Origin: Zootoca vivipara
Lineage: Eukaryota
DNA: 64,000 nucleotides
NCBI RefSeq assembly: GCF_963506605.1
Contig: NC_083288.1
Coordinates: forward strand, 48,112,001-48,176,000
Reading direction: 5' to 3'
Shown here: positions 34,538 to 48,139 of the stretch, piece after piece
Layout of the letters: the number at the start of each line of letters is the position of its first letter
Numbering within the stretch: position 1 is the first letter of the stretch
Position numbers and translations under genes: made by a program
The notes under the pieces: model-generated
What the model saw: the letters and a program-made list of their open reading frames with translations, nothing else
What the model was told of the DNA's origin: nothing
Databases searched by the model: none

Positions 34538-37262
34538 GCCTAGACACAGGGTCACTGCTTTTGAGTCATGGGACTGTTTTACTGATGCAGACCAACACAG
34601 CTTCTAGATAACATTTAGGAAGTAAATGGCCTTTTTGGCCTGCTTCAGAAGTAACTTATCAGCCCCCTAACAAGCTGCATGCCATTGCACTCATTCCAGA
34701 CCCCTTCCCTCCTCTCACGCTCCCAGATTTGCTGCCAATATTGAGGCTTATTTAAACCAGTTTTCCATACATCCAAACTGGCAAACAGATTTAATATCCT
34801 TATTAAGCAAGTTATGAAGCCAGAATTAGATCTTGTTTGAGACTAGAAAAACAGGTGGGATCTGCAACAAAATGTTACAGTGCACAATGTCCGTTGTTCA
34901 GGAGTCCAGCTGCCCCACCCCCCTCCCCATCAGTTCTCTGCTTTCGCTACCCTGCCCCAAACATCCAACCAGCAATTCTATGGCCACTGTATATGCTAAG
35001 TCTTCGTTTGGGTGTGTTTCTGTTTTAGGCATTTTCCTCTGGTTTTTTTTGTCCTTCTGCAAACCTTGGGGTTCCCCAAAGCCTGCTGATGCCCCCCAAA
35101 ACAGGGTTTCCCAAACATCTGAGTTCATTTACCCCCTTGATAAGCTTATAAAGTTGTCATTGACAAGTGAAACAATGTTTTGTTTCTTAAATTAATACTG
35201 TATATAATAAATAAGAACCACCCATCACCATTCCCAGGAACCATAAAATATAAAAAATAAGAAATAATGTTTTATTGTTGAATCATCTTATTAAGTACTG
35301 AGGTTCCTCATAGGCAAGGAAGGTACATTCCCATGCCTTTTATTCCTGATACTCATAGTTCCTGATTAAATTTTCAAACAATACACAGAAATTTTATTTT
35401 CCACTCTAGTCCTCTTCAGTGTTCAAAACTCCCATTGTTCTCTAGGATCATTTTGCAACAGGGAATTTCATTAGTACAAGCAGTTTCTGAGCTAAGGGCT
35501 CAGTTCAGCGCCTAAGATTTCAAATTAAAACTGCAGAGGGGAAGGAAAGGAGGACCTTTTTCTTCCTCCCCACTTCCAACTACTCTCTAGGGGAGACACC
35601 CTCTTAAGAATATTAAGAGGGGTGGGCAGGGGAAAGACTAGACCATGTGAAAGATGAACACAATATTTTAGGTGCAGTTCATTCACTTTCAGCTTTGTAT
35701 TGTTATAAAAAAGCACACCTATACATTCCGTTGCTGCGCTCATAACCTAGGTTTAAGGTGCTGTTTAGCTCCTAACTTTCATATATCTCAGTTTCTAACA
35801 CTGGTCCTCTTCTGGTATGGGTTAACACTTCAGCCCCCTTTCGACTCTGAGGTCTGTATTCACTCCCTGCACAGTCCCACCAACCTGGGGTGTTGGGAGC
35901 TATATTAGCCATCACTTTGGAAAACTCTGCTCTAGAGCATGGAAACAGATATATAGCTCAGTTTCAACACTGTGTGCATCTGCTTAGTTCCATTATATTT
36001 GTTCTAGAATTGTTCACTTGGGACTCTAGTTTGATCCAATTTCCGCATTTACCTTCTGCTATTTCACGTGTTCCCTCATATTCATCCACATCTTTTAAAC
36101 TGCAAGCCTCTGGGGAGCCTGTTATGTATTTCAAAATACAATGATTAACACACACTGGTGTGTGGGTGGGTGTCTGTGTGTATATGTCTGTACACACACA
36201 CAGCACTGATCAGCCAGACTGAAATTCCAATTTTACTCTAATAGTTCTAGAAAGCAGATGGCCTTTAATTAAATAGGATAATGAAGCAACAATGGAGAAA
36301 TGAATGCCAATTTCCAAAGGCACCAGAAGATTAAATGCCCCCAAAGTCAGCACTAACAGAAAGTAAATCACAATTCCATCAAAAGCAGACTGTATTTTCC
36401 AAGGTTTTGCAACTAGCCATGTAAACATCATAGTACTAGCTGCCCAGATCCGCTTCATCCGATCTTTAAGGAATTTTGCAGAATATGTGTCTGTGTATAA
36501 CTATTCTCCATGTACTCAGACATAAGCATCCCCAAAGGATTTACCCAATCGGTTTTAACCAACCGATATCCTGAGATTTCACAGTACCACCCCCTTTTGC
36601 AAGCAGCCTACTTTAACTTCAACATTTCCCTTTCCAGCAGTGCCTAACCTTCCCTCTTGCTTTTCCTCCCTAGGTCAAAATCCCCTCCCGTCTCCCCAAG
36701 CCTGAATTCTCTCCTCTATACAGTACAGTACAGTACTCACTTTTCTCCCCTGACTCCTCCCCCACTTCAGGACTTTCCTTCCTTCTTTCTCTTCCCTGCT
36801 CCCTGCAGTGCACGCTGGGAAACAGGGGGAAGAAGGCGGGGTTTCTCAGTCCCCAGGAACCTGGCCCTTTAAGGGGAGCCAGACACGTTGGGTCCTCTAT
36901 CCTAACTTGCGTTTACACGGGTTTTTATTTATTTATTTAAGGAGTGCTTTCCTTAACTTTTTCATTTTCTCCATCAGCTTCTGCAGATCTGCTCCCATTA
37001 AGTTGCCCAAAGCTCCCCACCCCTTTAAAAAATAGCCTAACCCTAGTGTTTATACAGTACACTGAAAATAAATTATAAAAAAAGATTTAAGAACTTTTAA
37101 CCCATCTTGTTTCAAAAGAAAGTTAAAGTAGTTAACAAATCCTGACATCACGACAATGATTTTTTTAAAAAAAAACTCATAAAAATAAAGCCATCTAGTG
37201 AAAAGCTGGGGAGATAAGTGAAATAAATGTGGAGGAATTTGTCCACCTGTACTCAGAGCCAA

Positions 37263-37597
37263 AGGGATGCGGGTGGCACTGTGGGTTAAACCACAGAGCC
37301 TAGGGCTTGCCGATCAGAAAGTCAGCGGTGGGGTGAGCTCCCGTTGCTCGGTCCCAGCGCCTGCCAACCTAGAAGTTCGAAAGCACACCAAAGTGCAAGT
37401 AGATAAATAGGTACCGCTCCGGTGTGAAGGTAAACGGGGTTTCCGTGTGCTGCTCTGGTTTGCCAGAAGCGGCGTTGTCATGCTGGCCACATGACCTGGA
37501 AGCTGTACACCAGCTCCCTCGGCCAATAACGCGAGATGAGCGCCGCAATCCCAGAGTCGGTCACGACTGGACCTAATGGTCAGGGGTCCCTTTACCT
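37263..37597 (+). mobile_element. Sauria-type SINE, TSD TACTCAGAGCCAA
   Basis: Family consensus and 13-bp TSD. Confidence 0.9.
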
Positions 37598-38026
37598 TAC
37601 TCAGAGCCAAGGCTCGTCCCAACTTTCCCACCTACTCATTGCATAGCCCTTGGCAAAGTCCCTCTCCCTCTTTCAACCTCAGCTCCCCACATCCAGCTCC
37701 AGCACCCAGCAAGGTCCACGGGAGTTCAGAGGCCCACTGTAGAATGGGAATGGCACAGCAAGGGCAAACAGAACAGCAACTGTATGGAATTCTGCGTGTG
37801 AAATGGTTCTGCGGAACTGATGTTAACATTCATCCAGTCACACCCTGTCACTGCCTCCTTAATCCCAAATCTGGTGGCTGTCTGTGTTACTGAGTACAGT
37901 ATACCCAGCAACAAGAAAAAGGTGCTATGCAGACAAATCCCAAATAACCAGGGGTGGGTAGCCAATGTGTCCTTCAGATGTTGTTGGACTACAGTTCCCA
38001 TCACCACTGGCCTTTGGCCATGCTAG

Positions 38027-38682
38027 TGATATAGGCAAAAATCTGCCTTTATTCCCTTATTGGGTTCTCCATCGGTTGGAGAATATAACAGAGGCCAACC
38101 AGAGAAGTTTGAGAAGCAAAGCCTTTATTTTCGCTGTTGCAACAGGGTCCTTCCTCTCACACAGGAGAACAAGGAAGGAACCCCAAACAAAGATGTCTTG
38201 CCCTTAAAAAGAGATTTGAAATTGGTTTCAGCCCACCCCCCAGAAGCATCATCCATATGTCACAGAAGGGGTGTAGCCCAAGACCCCCCCTCCCTAGATT
38301 CATCATAGGTACATCATGAAAGGGGAGGTCTGGTGGCAGTAATCTGAGCATCCTGGACCCTGCCCCCTGCCCCCAAAACCTAATCAACAAAATTGAGAGA
38401 TATTTACATTTCCCTGTTTCCCAGCCAAGTTAATCACACCCTTTTGTCTGGCAGTCAGGTATCAGGATGCCAGGGATTATCACTTTAATTCCTGAGACAA
38501 TGAGAAGGTTCCCCCCACCCCACTTCTTCCTTGCAGAGGAACACCTGGTCAGAGAGAGTCAAAATGGTGTCAGTCAGGCCTGTTTTCCTGTGCTGCTTCA
38601 GACATGTTTCTGTACATTCATGTACATGTTTTATGAACAATTATTATATATATATATATATGACCTCAAAATTCTTATAACA
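38027..38682 (-). mobile_element. Solo ERV LTR (656 bp), TSD CTAG, inserted in an old MITE
   Basis: TG...CA termini, 4-bp TSD CTAG, minus-strand AATAAA ~38125; the flanks are the two halves of a degenerate palindromic MITE. Confidence 0.8.
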
Positions 38683-40099
38683 CTAGCAAGGGCTCATGGG
38701 AGCTGTAGTGTAACAACACCCAAAGGGCACCATGTTGGCAGTCCTGCTGGACCAGATTGGCATTATGTTCCCCAGATACCTATGGGAAGCCCACAAGCAG
38801 GGCATGAGCAGTCTACACTCCTATTCATTTCCATCCCCAGCAAATGGATTTCAGGCACCAAGTTGTGTCACACCAACACATCTACCTACCTGAATCTAGA
38901 GTCTGGCAAGTATCTGTTACCAATATGCGTAAGAGATTCAGGAACTATTTACCATCTCAAAGGAATGGCTAGGCTACCCAGAAAATGCAATCAAATAAGG
39001 CATTATCAGGCACCCTGGCAGACAGGAGAGATGCAACACTCTCAAATTTCTGATGGAAACCACCTCCTTCTATAATGTATGTATGATTTTGGGGGGGGGC
39101 GGTCATTGGGCTACAGGGTGGGCAATTTCAAAAGTCTATACAGTGGTACCTCGGTTTAGGAACTTAATCCGTTCCAGAAGTCTGTTCTTAAACCAAAGCC
39201 GTTCTTAAACCAAGGCGCGCTTTCCCTAATGAGGCCTCCCGCCGCTGTAAACTCCTAAGGGCAGGGCCCTGTCTTGTGACTCTGTGTAAGGATTGAATCC
39301 TGCCGCCTGCAATGGTTTGCTTTTTCACTGCATTCCCTGTAGAGAACACCCTGGCAAAGTAGCACCCAGCAAGACTCTAGTCCCTCTCCATTAGCTTGTG
39401 TCACTTGGTAGTTGGGGGGGGGGGACCACAGGCCAACCTGGACCTCCTGGGTGGTGGGGAGGGGGGTAAGACTGCCATTCTCAAGTCCCTGCTCTAAAAC
39501 TTCAGGCACATCACTGCTGACACAACCCCATATTGTCTCCCACCCATTTCACCCCCAAATCCTTTCACAGCATCCCTGTCCCTATCCTATAGCCCTGACT
39601 ACCTGCTTTAACTACAGTCCCACACAATTGTGAGCACGCCTTACCCTCTCTTCCTCTCTACTCTGTCAGTTCTCCCCCAGGAGCTACTCCAGGGCTCCCA
39701 CTTTGCCCAGGCACGCTTCCCAGGACAAATAAGGAAGGAAACCGGAAGACTGCTGTTTATTTTTCTCCCCACCTTCCTTACTCCACCGCAATATGGTCTT
39801 ATTTATAGCAGTTTTGGGAACAGAGTGTAAACAAAAGAGAAAGGAAGGGGGATGGACAGGCCGAAAGAGGCGGAGGGGCAGGACGAGTAGCGGAAGAGAA
39901 AAGGATGAGAGGAGACGGGGAAACGGTGGAAAGGGGGGATATTTTTGTATGTGGAAGACGAGAGAGCGAGCAATCTAAAAGAAAGAGGAGAGCAGAAAAG
40001 AGGAGCAGGCTTCCTGGGAGAAAAGCCAGGAAAGAGGAAAAGGAGGGATGTAGCATCAAGGCTACCAAAAGGGGAGGCAATGAAGGAAAGGCTCAGTAG

Positions 40100-40380
40100 A
40101 GGAGGGATCGCAGCAGGCCGAGGCGAAGCGGGAGAGGGGAGGGCGCACTGAGGCTCCCACTCACCCGCCAGGGCCTGCTCCGGCTCTTCTTCTCCCTTGC
40201 AGTCGGGTTCCGCCCGCTTGGGGAGCCGACTTGGGGAGCCGGCGGCGGGGATCGAGGAGGTTGGGCTGGGCAGCCGTGCGGGCCGGGGACCTGCCATTGG
40301 CTGGGAGAGGCAGCCGGGCAGCAAAGCCGGACTCCTGGGATTTCCAGGCAGAGCGAAACAAGCAGCGAGGCGCCCAACCA
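40100..40380 (-). promoter_or_regulatory. HOMEZ: CpG island, likely HOMEZ promoter and non-coding first exon (donor at 40165)
   Basis: CpG-rich; minus-strand CGG|GTGAGT donor; CCAAT box ~40296-40300. Confidence 0.6.
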
Positions 40381-41513
40381 GCAGGTCTCCTGGGTTCTAC
40401 ACTCAGGACGTTCGTCTGTTTTTGAATAGGAACCAAGGTTCAAGCCACACCCCCTTACCTGAAAACCCAGCCCCTTCGCCCCAGATGTGTGGGGATGGTA
40501 CTTTACTCTGAACGTGCTCGGAAACATCTTTGCGCCCTCCCCCTTTCATTGTGGCTTCAGGCGTTCCAGAATGCTCAGGGAGGAAAGCTGCTCTTTGTCC
40601 GGTGGGGAGGGACTGCGATTTTAATAAATCTTTGTATGTGGAGGCTTGTGTGTGTGTGAATAAGTTGAAATAATATTAAGTAATTGCGAGGATGAGAAAG
40701 CATCTGCTTCCCCCCTGAGGCCATTGGGAAGGTATGGGACCACATGAAATCTGAAGCTGCTTGGTGCTGTGGTGGGATTTTGTTGAAAACTCAAGAAGGT
40801 ATTCAACTAAGTTTTATTCAGAGCTGACCTATAGAAAACAATTAACATGACAAACATTGCTCCATTAATTTCAGCGGACCCACACTCTGAATAAAACTTA
40901 AGTTGATTAGCAGTTTGTTAACAGCCCAGCTGGGATTTGGTGACCTTTCTGGTCATCATATGTCTTGCACATAAACCATTACTCTGCACCGGCTTTATAG
41001 TTGATTTTGGGGTGCCTCGTTAGTAAAACAAGATGAGTGATTTTGCGGTGCCTCATTGGTAAAACAGGGATTGTTGATCTTCCATCGCCACTCAACTTCC
41101 TCTTTACTCTTTGAACCTATCACTGGACAACTGCCTTGTAGGAAGCATGCACAGAAAATTGGTAGGAGGGCAAGAACTCTGGCCGCAGAGGTAAAATAGT
41201 GCTGGATTAATGGTTCAAATGATTCAATTTTTTTCAAAAAGTCTCTTTGGATAGATTTATTTCTTGAGGTTTATACACCAGGTGAAGTTTATACGCCAGG
41301 ACAGGGCCCTGTTTCAAAAATTCTTCAGCTGGAATAAGTTGAATATATATTCGTCAGAGACCCTCATTAATTAACATGAAAATAATATTTTAAAAATCAA
41401 TCTGTTTAGGGAAGCTTTTAATGTTTGATGGATTTCTGTATTTTAATATTTTGTTGGAAGCCGCCCAGAGTGGCTGGGGGAACCCGGCCAGATGGGCAGG
41501 GTATAAATAATAA

Positions 41514-41550
<37 letters not shown>

Positions 41551-41719
41551 GGATTTACAAGCATATATACAAGAATGTACAATACAATCTTACCGGATAG
41601 TCTTAGAGTCAACGTGTACTGGTAGTTTCGAGTTAAATGATATATAAAGCAGAGATTGGGTGTGTTCTAATAAAGATTTAAAGAGGCAGTGGTACACATT
41701 CTATCTTAAGGTTACAGTA

Positions 41720-42190
41720 AGGGGTATAGCAAATTACAAAAAGGGAGTAAAATCCTGATAGTTATTTAAACCTCAGGGGGAAACAGTATTGAAAAGATGG
41801 ATAAATCTAGTTTCTTGTTGTAGCAGAAGTTTGTCAGTGTTCTTGCGATGAAAGCGATCTGGAGATAGCTTCCAAATTACAAAGAACAAAAGTCTTCTTC
41901 TGTGTGTTTATGTTGCATGTAATGTTCCAGGATTTGGTTAACGTATTCTTAGTTCATTGATACTAAGTCTTATTTGCCTGGCGCATATCCTAATGTACAT
42001 CATTTTGCAAGGACATATCCATACATAAATACAGTTTTTTGTGTTACAATTACTAAAATGTCTAATTTGAAATTTAAACCCAGATTGTTCATTAGAGAAT
42101 TCCTTAAGCTGTAGGGAATATTTGCAAATGTTGCATCCTCCGCATCGGAAATGTCCCATTGGAAACTCACCAACTGGTTTCATTTGTGCA
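41720..42190 (-). mobile_element. Penelope-like element fragment (GIY-YIG endonuclease region)
   Basis: GHFRCGGCNICKY...CNTKNCIYVWICPCKMMYI...RLSINE and LLQQETRFIHLFNT, matching the PLE zinc-knuckle/GIY-YIG C-terminus; degenerate. Confidence 0.75.
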
Positions 42191-42419
42191 GTCATATCAG
42201 ATTTTATTCTATTCTATCTGAAGTCAGAGATGCTGTGATGGAGTCAGACCAGTGTCTGGCAGCAGTGATGGAGGCCAATAAACTGAGACCTCTGGGTCTC
42301 AGAGTCTGGGGATGCTGCCAGTTGCAACTTGTCACACGAGTCTCAAGAAGCTGCTGTGGCTACAAATGCTCAGGCCCAGTTTAGGCTGCCTCACAAGCCA
42401 CTTCCATTCCTGGTCTTGT

Positions 42420-43090
42420 TTGTCCACGATCTGGTGACCTCCCGCCTGGACTGCTGCAGTGTGCTGTATGTGGGGCTTCCCTTGGAGACGGACCAGAAGA
42501 TGCAGCTAGTGAGCGGCTAGGCTGAAAAGTGAGGCAGCCTTGATGCTGTTTTCCTGTGTTTCCCCCTGGAAAGCTAGTTTCTGGTTGTTTCTTCATCATT
42601 CAGGTCGTGATAACTTTGTCATCCCCATAAAAAGCTGTATGTAAGTAGAACAACCTATTAATAAGGACCGCAATACCTCAAGGACCGCCTGTTTCCATAT
42701 GAGCCTACCATGACCCTGAGATCACCTTCCGAGATCACCTTCCGAGGCCCTTCTTCGTATGCCTCCTCCTCGAGAGGTCCGGAGGGTGGCAACACGAGAA
42801 CAAGCCCTTCTCCTTGTCTGTGGAATGCTCTCCCCAAGGAAGTTCGCCTGCCACCTTCATTATACACCTTTAGGCACCAGGCAAAAATGTTCCTTTTTAA
42901 CCAAGCCTTTGGTTGATCTGATTTACATCCTTTTAAAATGTGTTTGTTTTGGGTGGAAGGCTATTGGGTTGTTGTTTTTATTTTTATTATGTATTTCGTG
43001 GTTTTATATCTTGATTTTATTCTGTGATCTGCCCTGAGGCCTCTGGGTTTAGGGTGGTATATAAATTCAATAAATAATAACAACAAATAA
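42420..43090 (+). mobile_element. L2 LINE 3' fragments
   Basis: LVTSRLDCCSVLYVGLP, GPQYLKDRL, LWNALPKEVR and an A/T-rich tail. Confidence 0.7.
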
Positions 43091-43547
43091 TCAGCTCAGA
43101 AGATAATCTGTCTGGTGAGGCTTCTGCAACACAATTACCTTGTCTTGTGAACTGCCCCGATATCTTGTGATGAAGGACAATATATAAAACGAATAAATAA
43201 CAATAAGGACAACAACACAGGTAAAAAGATTTATTTTATTATCGTTACAAAGATGGGAAACTGACAAAAGTCTTTATATCTAGGTCCGTGAAGCAATAGA
43301 CTTGGATGAGGTGTTCAGAAAACTTGGGGCTGCGGAGAGGGGTTGGAAAAGGGGCATTGTTTTTTTCCCCACAAGGTGGCTATAGGCAGGTGCAGTGCTT
43401 ACAAGCAGAAGACATTTTCTCTTTTGGGAGAGGTGCCTTAAACAGCGAGTATTAGGGAATAAGGCAAAGTCAGCAGGGTTGTAAGAAAGAGCAGAGAGAG
43501 GGGACTGTAGTTGGCAAGATATCCATAATAAGCATATCCATAATTAG

Positions 43548-44351
43548 ACTACTGGGCCAAAGCAAACAAGATGAATTTTAACAAGGAGAAATGTAAAGTA
43601 CTACACTTGGGCAAAAAAAATGAAAGGCACAAATACAGGATAGGAGACACCTGGCTTGAGAGCAGTACATGTGAAAAGGATCTAGGAGTCCTGGTAGACC
43701 ACAAACTTGACATGAGTCAGCAGTGTGATGCAGCAGCTAAAAAAGCCAATGCAATTCTGGGCTGCATCAATAGGAGTATAGCGTCTAGATCAAGGGAAGT
43801 AATAGTACCACTGTATTCTGCTCTGGTCAGACCTCACCTGGAGTACTGTGTCCAGTTCTGGGCACCACAGTTCAAGAAGGATACTGACAAGCTGGAACGT
43901 GTCCAGAGGAGGGCAACCAAAATGGTCAAAGGCCTGGAAACAATGCCTTATGAGGAACGGCTTAGGGAGCTGGGTATGTTTAGCCTGGAGAAGAGAAGGT
44001 TAAGGGGTGATTTGATAGCCATGTTCAAATACTGTATATAAAAGGATGTCATATAGAGGAGGGTGAAAGGTTGTTTTCTGCTGCTCCAGAGAAAAGGACA
44101 CGGAGCAATGGATTCAAACTACAAGAAAGAAGATTCCACCTAAACATTAGGAAGAACTTCCTGACAGTAAGAGCTGTTCGGCAGTGGAATTTGCTGCCAA
44201 GAAGTGTGGTGGAGTCTCCTTCTTTGGAGGTCTTTAAGCAGAGGCTTGACAGCCATATGTCAAGAATGCTTTGAAGGTGTTTCCTGCTTGGCAGGGGGTT
44301 GGACTGGATGGCCCTTGTGGTCTCTTCCAACTCTATGATTCTATGATTCTA
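43548..44351 (+). mobile_element. Young CR1 LINE 3' end
   Basis: 156-aa near-intact ORF2 C-terminus ([12 protein letters not shown]...[15 protein letters not shown]) and a (ATTCTATG)n tail. Confidence 0.93.
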
Positions 44352-44636
44352 AGCAGAGGGAGAAGGTGGGGCAGAAGGCGCTGTTGCTTGGGAGGACCAT
44401 CGTAGACCAGTGCAGGGGAAGGGATGAGTCCAGAGAGGTCCATAGAACCAAAAAGGTTAATGAACAGCAAGAAAAAGCAAATGCTTCATTCATGTTTGCT
44501 CAGTGAATGAAGAGTAGGAAGGAGGCAGGATCAGGAGGAAAAGGAAGCCTGGATGTGACTGGGGCAGGCAGCCCAAGCAGAGGCTAGGGCAAGCGAGTGG
44601 GTGGTTTTTGAGGGGGCAAGAGACCCCCCAGAGATC

Positions 44637-44857
44637 TCAGTCCCGGCAACTGGAACATTGTGCGTGGGCTCCCCCATAGCCCAGGCAGTCTGGCCCCAGA
44701 CACTGGCAGCAGGCATTGTGGAACCAGCGGTAGCGCCAGGCGCCCACCGACTGGCAAGCCGTCCGGCACCGGCTCATAGACAGGCAATCGTTGAAGAAAA
44801 TGGACTGGCACGGTGGCGCGGTGGCATTGAAGCCCTTGGCATCTGAGAGGGTCAAGC
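44637..44857 (-). CDS. Twisted gastrulation-like paralog, coding exon 4 (C-terminal cysteine-rich domain)
   Basis: TTCCAG acceptor; encodes [73 protein letters not shown], versus TWSG1 [46 protein letters not shown]. Confidence 0.95.
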
Positions 44858-45559
44858 CTGGAAGCGAGAGGAGAGAAGGTTTGCGGCCGTTGCGGTTGAA
44901 CCCAGGACAAAGGCCCGCAGCTCAGATGTCGTGCGTCTGCTTTGCACGAAGAAGGTCCCAGGCTCGATCCCCAGGTAGGGCTAGGAAAGAATCCAGACTG
45001 AGACCCTGGAGAGCTGCTGCCAGCCTGTGTAGGCAGTATGGAGCTAGCCTGGCCGATGGGAAGGCTGAGAGGCAACGGCTGGGAATGACGAGCTCATGTG
45101 TGAATTGAACCAGGGTGAATTGAACAAATAGAATAAGCTGGCCTATCCCGAGTTGGATCAAAAGTCCATCTAACTCTGTATTGTCTGCACTGACTGGCAG
45201 CAGTGCTCCAGGATTTCAGACAAGGCATTCCCAATGCTACTAGAAGACGAACCTGCGACCTTCTACATGCAAAGAAGATGTTCTGTCCCTGGGCAATGGC
45301 CCTTCTAGGTCACAGCACACATCACTCAAGTAACCCCCACGCCAATCCAAAATAACCCCCAGGTGTCATTGTGAACAGGTATGTGTCATTTATTACTGTA
45401 GATCATGCCCTGCTCTCCAAGGTTCTAGTCTGAAGCCCTAACCATTATACCATGCTGCCTCTTAACCCACCTCCCCCATGCAAATGGCATGTATCCTTCC
45501 TGCGCCATCTGCTTCTCCCAACAGCCCCCTCGCCCCCTCCCTGCCCGCCACATGCGTAC

Positions 45560-45775
45560 CTGTGTGAGGCCCCAGCAGGAGGTGGCCGGTCTCCGCGTGG
45601 TTCTGCCGCAGCTCCTCTTCGACTGGGAGGGTCAGGATGCTCCAGCCCATGGGAGGGTCGTTGTCGGAGATGGCCATGAGTGCCCGGAAGAGCGAGGGCA
45701 CCGGGGACATTAGGTTGTGCATGGAGCTCCGCAGGGCAGGGCGGGGGGCCGAGGAGGGGCGTTTGTCACACAGCC
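45560..45775 (-). CDS. Twisted gastrulation-like paralog, coding exon 3
   Basis: 216 nt, phase 1-1, AAG/GTACGC; encodes GLCDKRPSSAPRPALRSSMHNLMSPVPSLFRALMAISDNDPPMGWSILTLPVEEEL..., versus TWSG1 PIPSLFRAL...NWNIVSFPVAEEL. Confidence 0.93.
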
Positions 45776-46124
45776 CTTGCGGAGAGGAGAAATCAAGTCA
45801 GAATTCCTCAAGGACCACAGTTCAGCCACTGGGAAGAAGGGGGCAGGGTCCTGGATCTGGAAATCAGCCCTATTTTCCTCGAAGGCCCCATAGTTCCCCC
45901 CGCCCCCGGTTTTCCCCCAGGAAAAAAAAAAGTGTGTGGAATATTCAAACTATAACAAACTTTTTTTTCAATTTCCGGGGGGGAAATGGCTTTGGGGGAA
46001 AAAAAACCGTTTCCCCCCCTTTTTCCAGGGTTTTTTCCGCCTCTACTTTGGCCCCCACCTTTTCTTCCACCCTGCAATGTGACAGTTGAATACGGGTGTT
46101 TAGCACCCCCTGGAATTCACTCAC

Positions 46125-46224
46125 CCACACATTCACAGCACGACTCCCAGAGATTGCCCAAGCAGAAAGCACATTCCCGACAGCATGGGCACCCAGCTCG
46201 GTTGGCCTCACACTGGCACACTTC
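46125..46224 (-). CDS. Twisted gastrulation-like paralog, coding exon 2
   Basis: 100 nt, CAG/GTGAGT; encodes [33 protein letters not shown], versus TWSG1 [33 protein letters not shown]. Confidence 0.95.
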
Positions 46225-46364
46225 CTGCCAAGAGATACGAAGTAGGGGTGTTAACAGTGACCCCCCCCCCCGGTTCCCTTTGTAAAACGATCACACCAGC
46301 GCGCACACAAATCTGCCCCCGTTTTGCCCCCAAAGTGAGGAAGGCCAATTCGACAAATACAGCC

Positions 46365-46610
46365 CTATTACCGAGAAGGCCCTCTGCGTAGTTCCCTGTA
46401 ACCCCTATAACTTCTCGCAGGGAGGGAACCACCAGAAGGCCCTCGGAGCTGGATCTCAGGGTCCAGGCTGGACGATGGGGTAGAGACACTCCTTCAGGTA
46501 TACTGGGCCAAGGCCATTTAGGGCTTTAAAGGTCAGCACCAACACTTGGAATTGTGCCCAGAAACGTACTGGGAGCCAATGAAGGTCTTTCAGGACCAGT
46601 GTTATAAACT
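46365..46610 (-). mobile_element. L2 LINE fragment in a TWSG-like intron
   Basis: LKDLHWLPVRFWAQFQVLVLTFKALNGLGP; same family as 52098-52455. Confidence 0.8.
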
Positions 46611-47241
46611 GACTTCAAATTAAATAGTTATATTTTTCATATATTGACTTCCCACCCACACCACATTGTTTTTCTTCATACCCATTTCTACTACATTATA
46701 TATCAATATTTTATCTATTACAGAAATCCCTCTAATGCAATCACTTTATCCTTTCTTCTCAAATCCTGCCCACAATTTCATTTTATAGGGCTTTTTCAGA
46801 TAGTCCAAAAAAGGCCCCCATTCTTCCAAAATGTGCACGTGTTGAGAAATAATTAAATACTTAGCAGATCCTGTGAACTCAGGTTGACCCTCCCAGAGGA
46901 GGAGGTTGCCCACTGCCTCTCTGCCTGATGCCCTGGCCTGACTCTGTCCAGTCAGCCCCCTGCCATGAATGCGCTGTTCTCCCCTGATTGCTGCATCAGC
47001 TGTGACTGGGTAGTTCAGCCTCCCCAAATGAAGAGGTTGCCTTGCTGTGCTTCTGCGTGAGTGACTGTTCTGGGCTGCCAATCCAAAGGAAGCTCGTGGT
47101 AGCGGCTCATGCAGATACACAAAGGGTCGTTCGCCACCAAGAAGGAGTACTTGTCACGCATTCTAACCACATTTTGTGTGAGAGCACTGGTTAGTGCTGT
47201 GACTGAGCCTCCCATTCAAGGGGGAGAAGAGGTCTCAGGAG

Positions 47242-48060
47242 CAGTGCTGGATTTACGTAGAAACTAAACAAGCTAAACAAGGGATCCAGGTGGCGCTGTG
47301 GGTTAAACCACAGAGTCTAGGGCTTGCTGATCAGAAGGTCGGCGGTTCGAATCCCTGCAACGGGGTGAGCTCCCGTTGCTCGGTCCCAGCTCCTGCCCAC
47401 CTAGGAGTTTGAAAGCACATCAAAGTGCAAGTAGATAACTAGGGACCGCTCCGGCGGGAAGCTAAACGGCGTTTCCGTGCGCTGCTCTGGTTCGCCAGAA
47501 GCAGCTTTGTCATGCTGGCCACATGACCCGGAAGCTGTCTGCGGACAAACGCCGGCTCCCTCGGCCTATAGAGCGAGATGAGCGCCGCAACCCCAGAGTC
47601 GGACACGACTGGACCTGATGGTCAGGGGCCCCTTTACTTTTACCTTTAAACAAGCTATAGTTTAGGGCCCCCCAAAAAAAATTAAAGGAAAAAAACCTGG
47701 ATGTGCATTTCCAAAATATAAGGCAAAAAAACAAATAAAATAAAAGCCACATACAGCAACAGTGTTTTGTGTTGTGTAGGCTCCTATGATGTACGTAATG
47801 GGCCCCACCTGCTAGCCTGTTCCCTAAAATATCACTGATTTGCTCATTTCGATATATAGAGTGCCTACATTCTGCATGGACTGGTTGCAGGGCAACATGG
47901 GCAAATGGCTTGAGATACCTATAAGGTCCATAAATGAACATATAGCATATATTCAACCCGAAAAACAGTGACAATTTGTTGTTGACAAAGGGCAGCTGGA
48001 CATATAAAGGGCGCCATTACCTTCAGTAGCTTAGGACCTCATCAAACCTAAATCTGGCTT
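47242..48060. mobile_element. DNA-transposon-like remnant carrying a nested Sauria-type SINE (47281-47646, TSD TAAACAAGCTA)
   Basis: The SINE consensus and TSD are clear; the outer element is inferred from imperfect termini CTGGATTTA...TAAATCTGG. Confidence 0.6.
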
Positions 48061-48139
48061 GGGAAACGCCCACCCCAAAACCAAGTCTGCAGGTTTGCAC
48101 CAAGATCTGATGCAAGGCAGCACCTTCTCAACCTTTTAC

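Noticed and set aside
38467-39075. 202-aa ORF
   Set aside because: Crosses LTR, (TA)n and MITE boundaries; no coherent protein.
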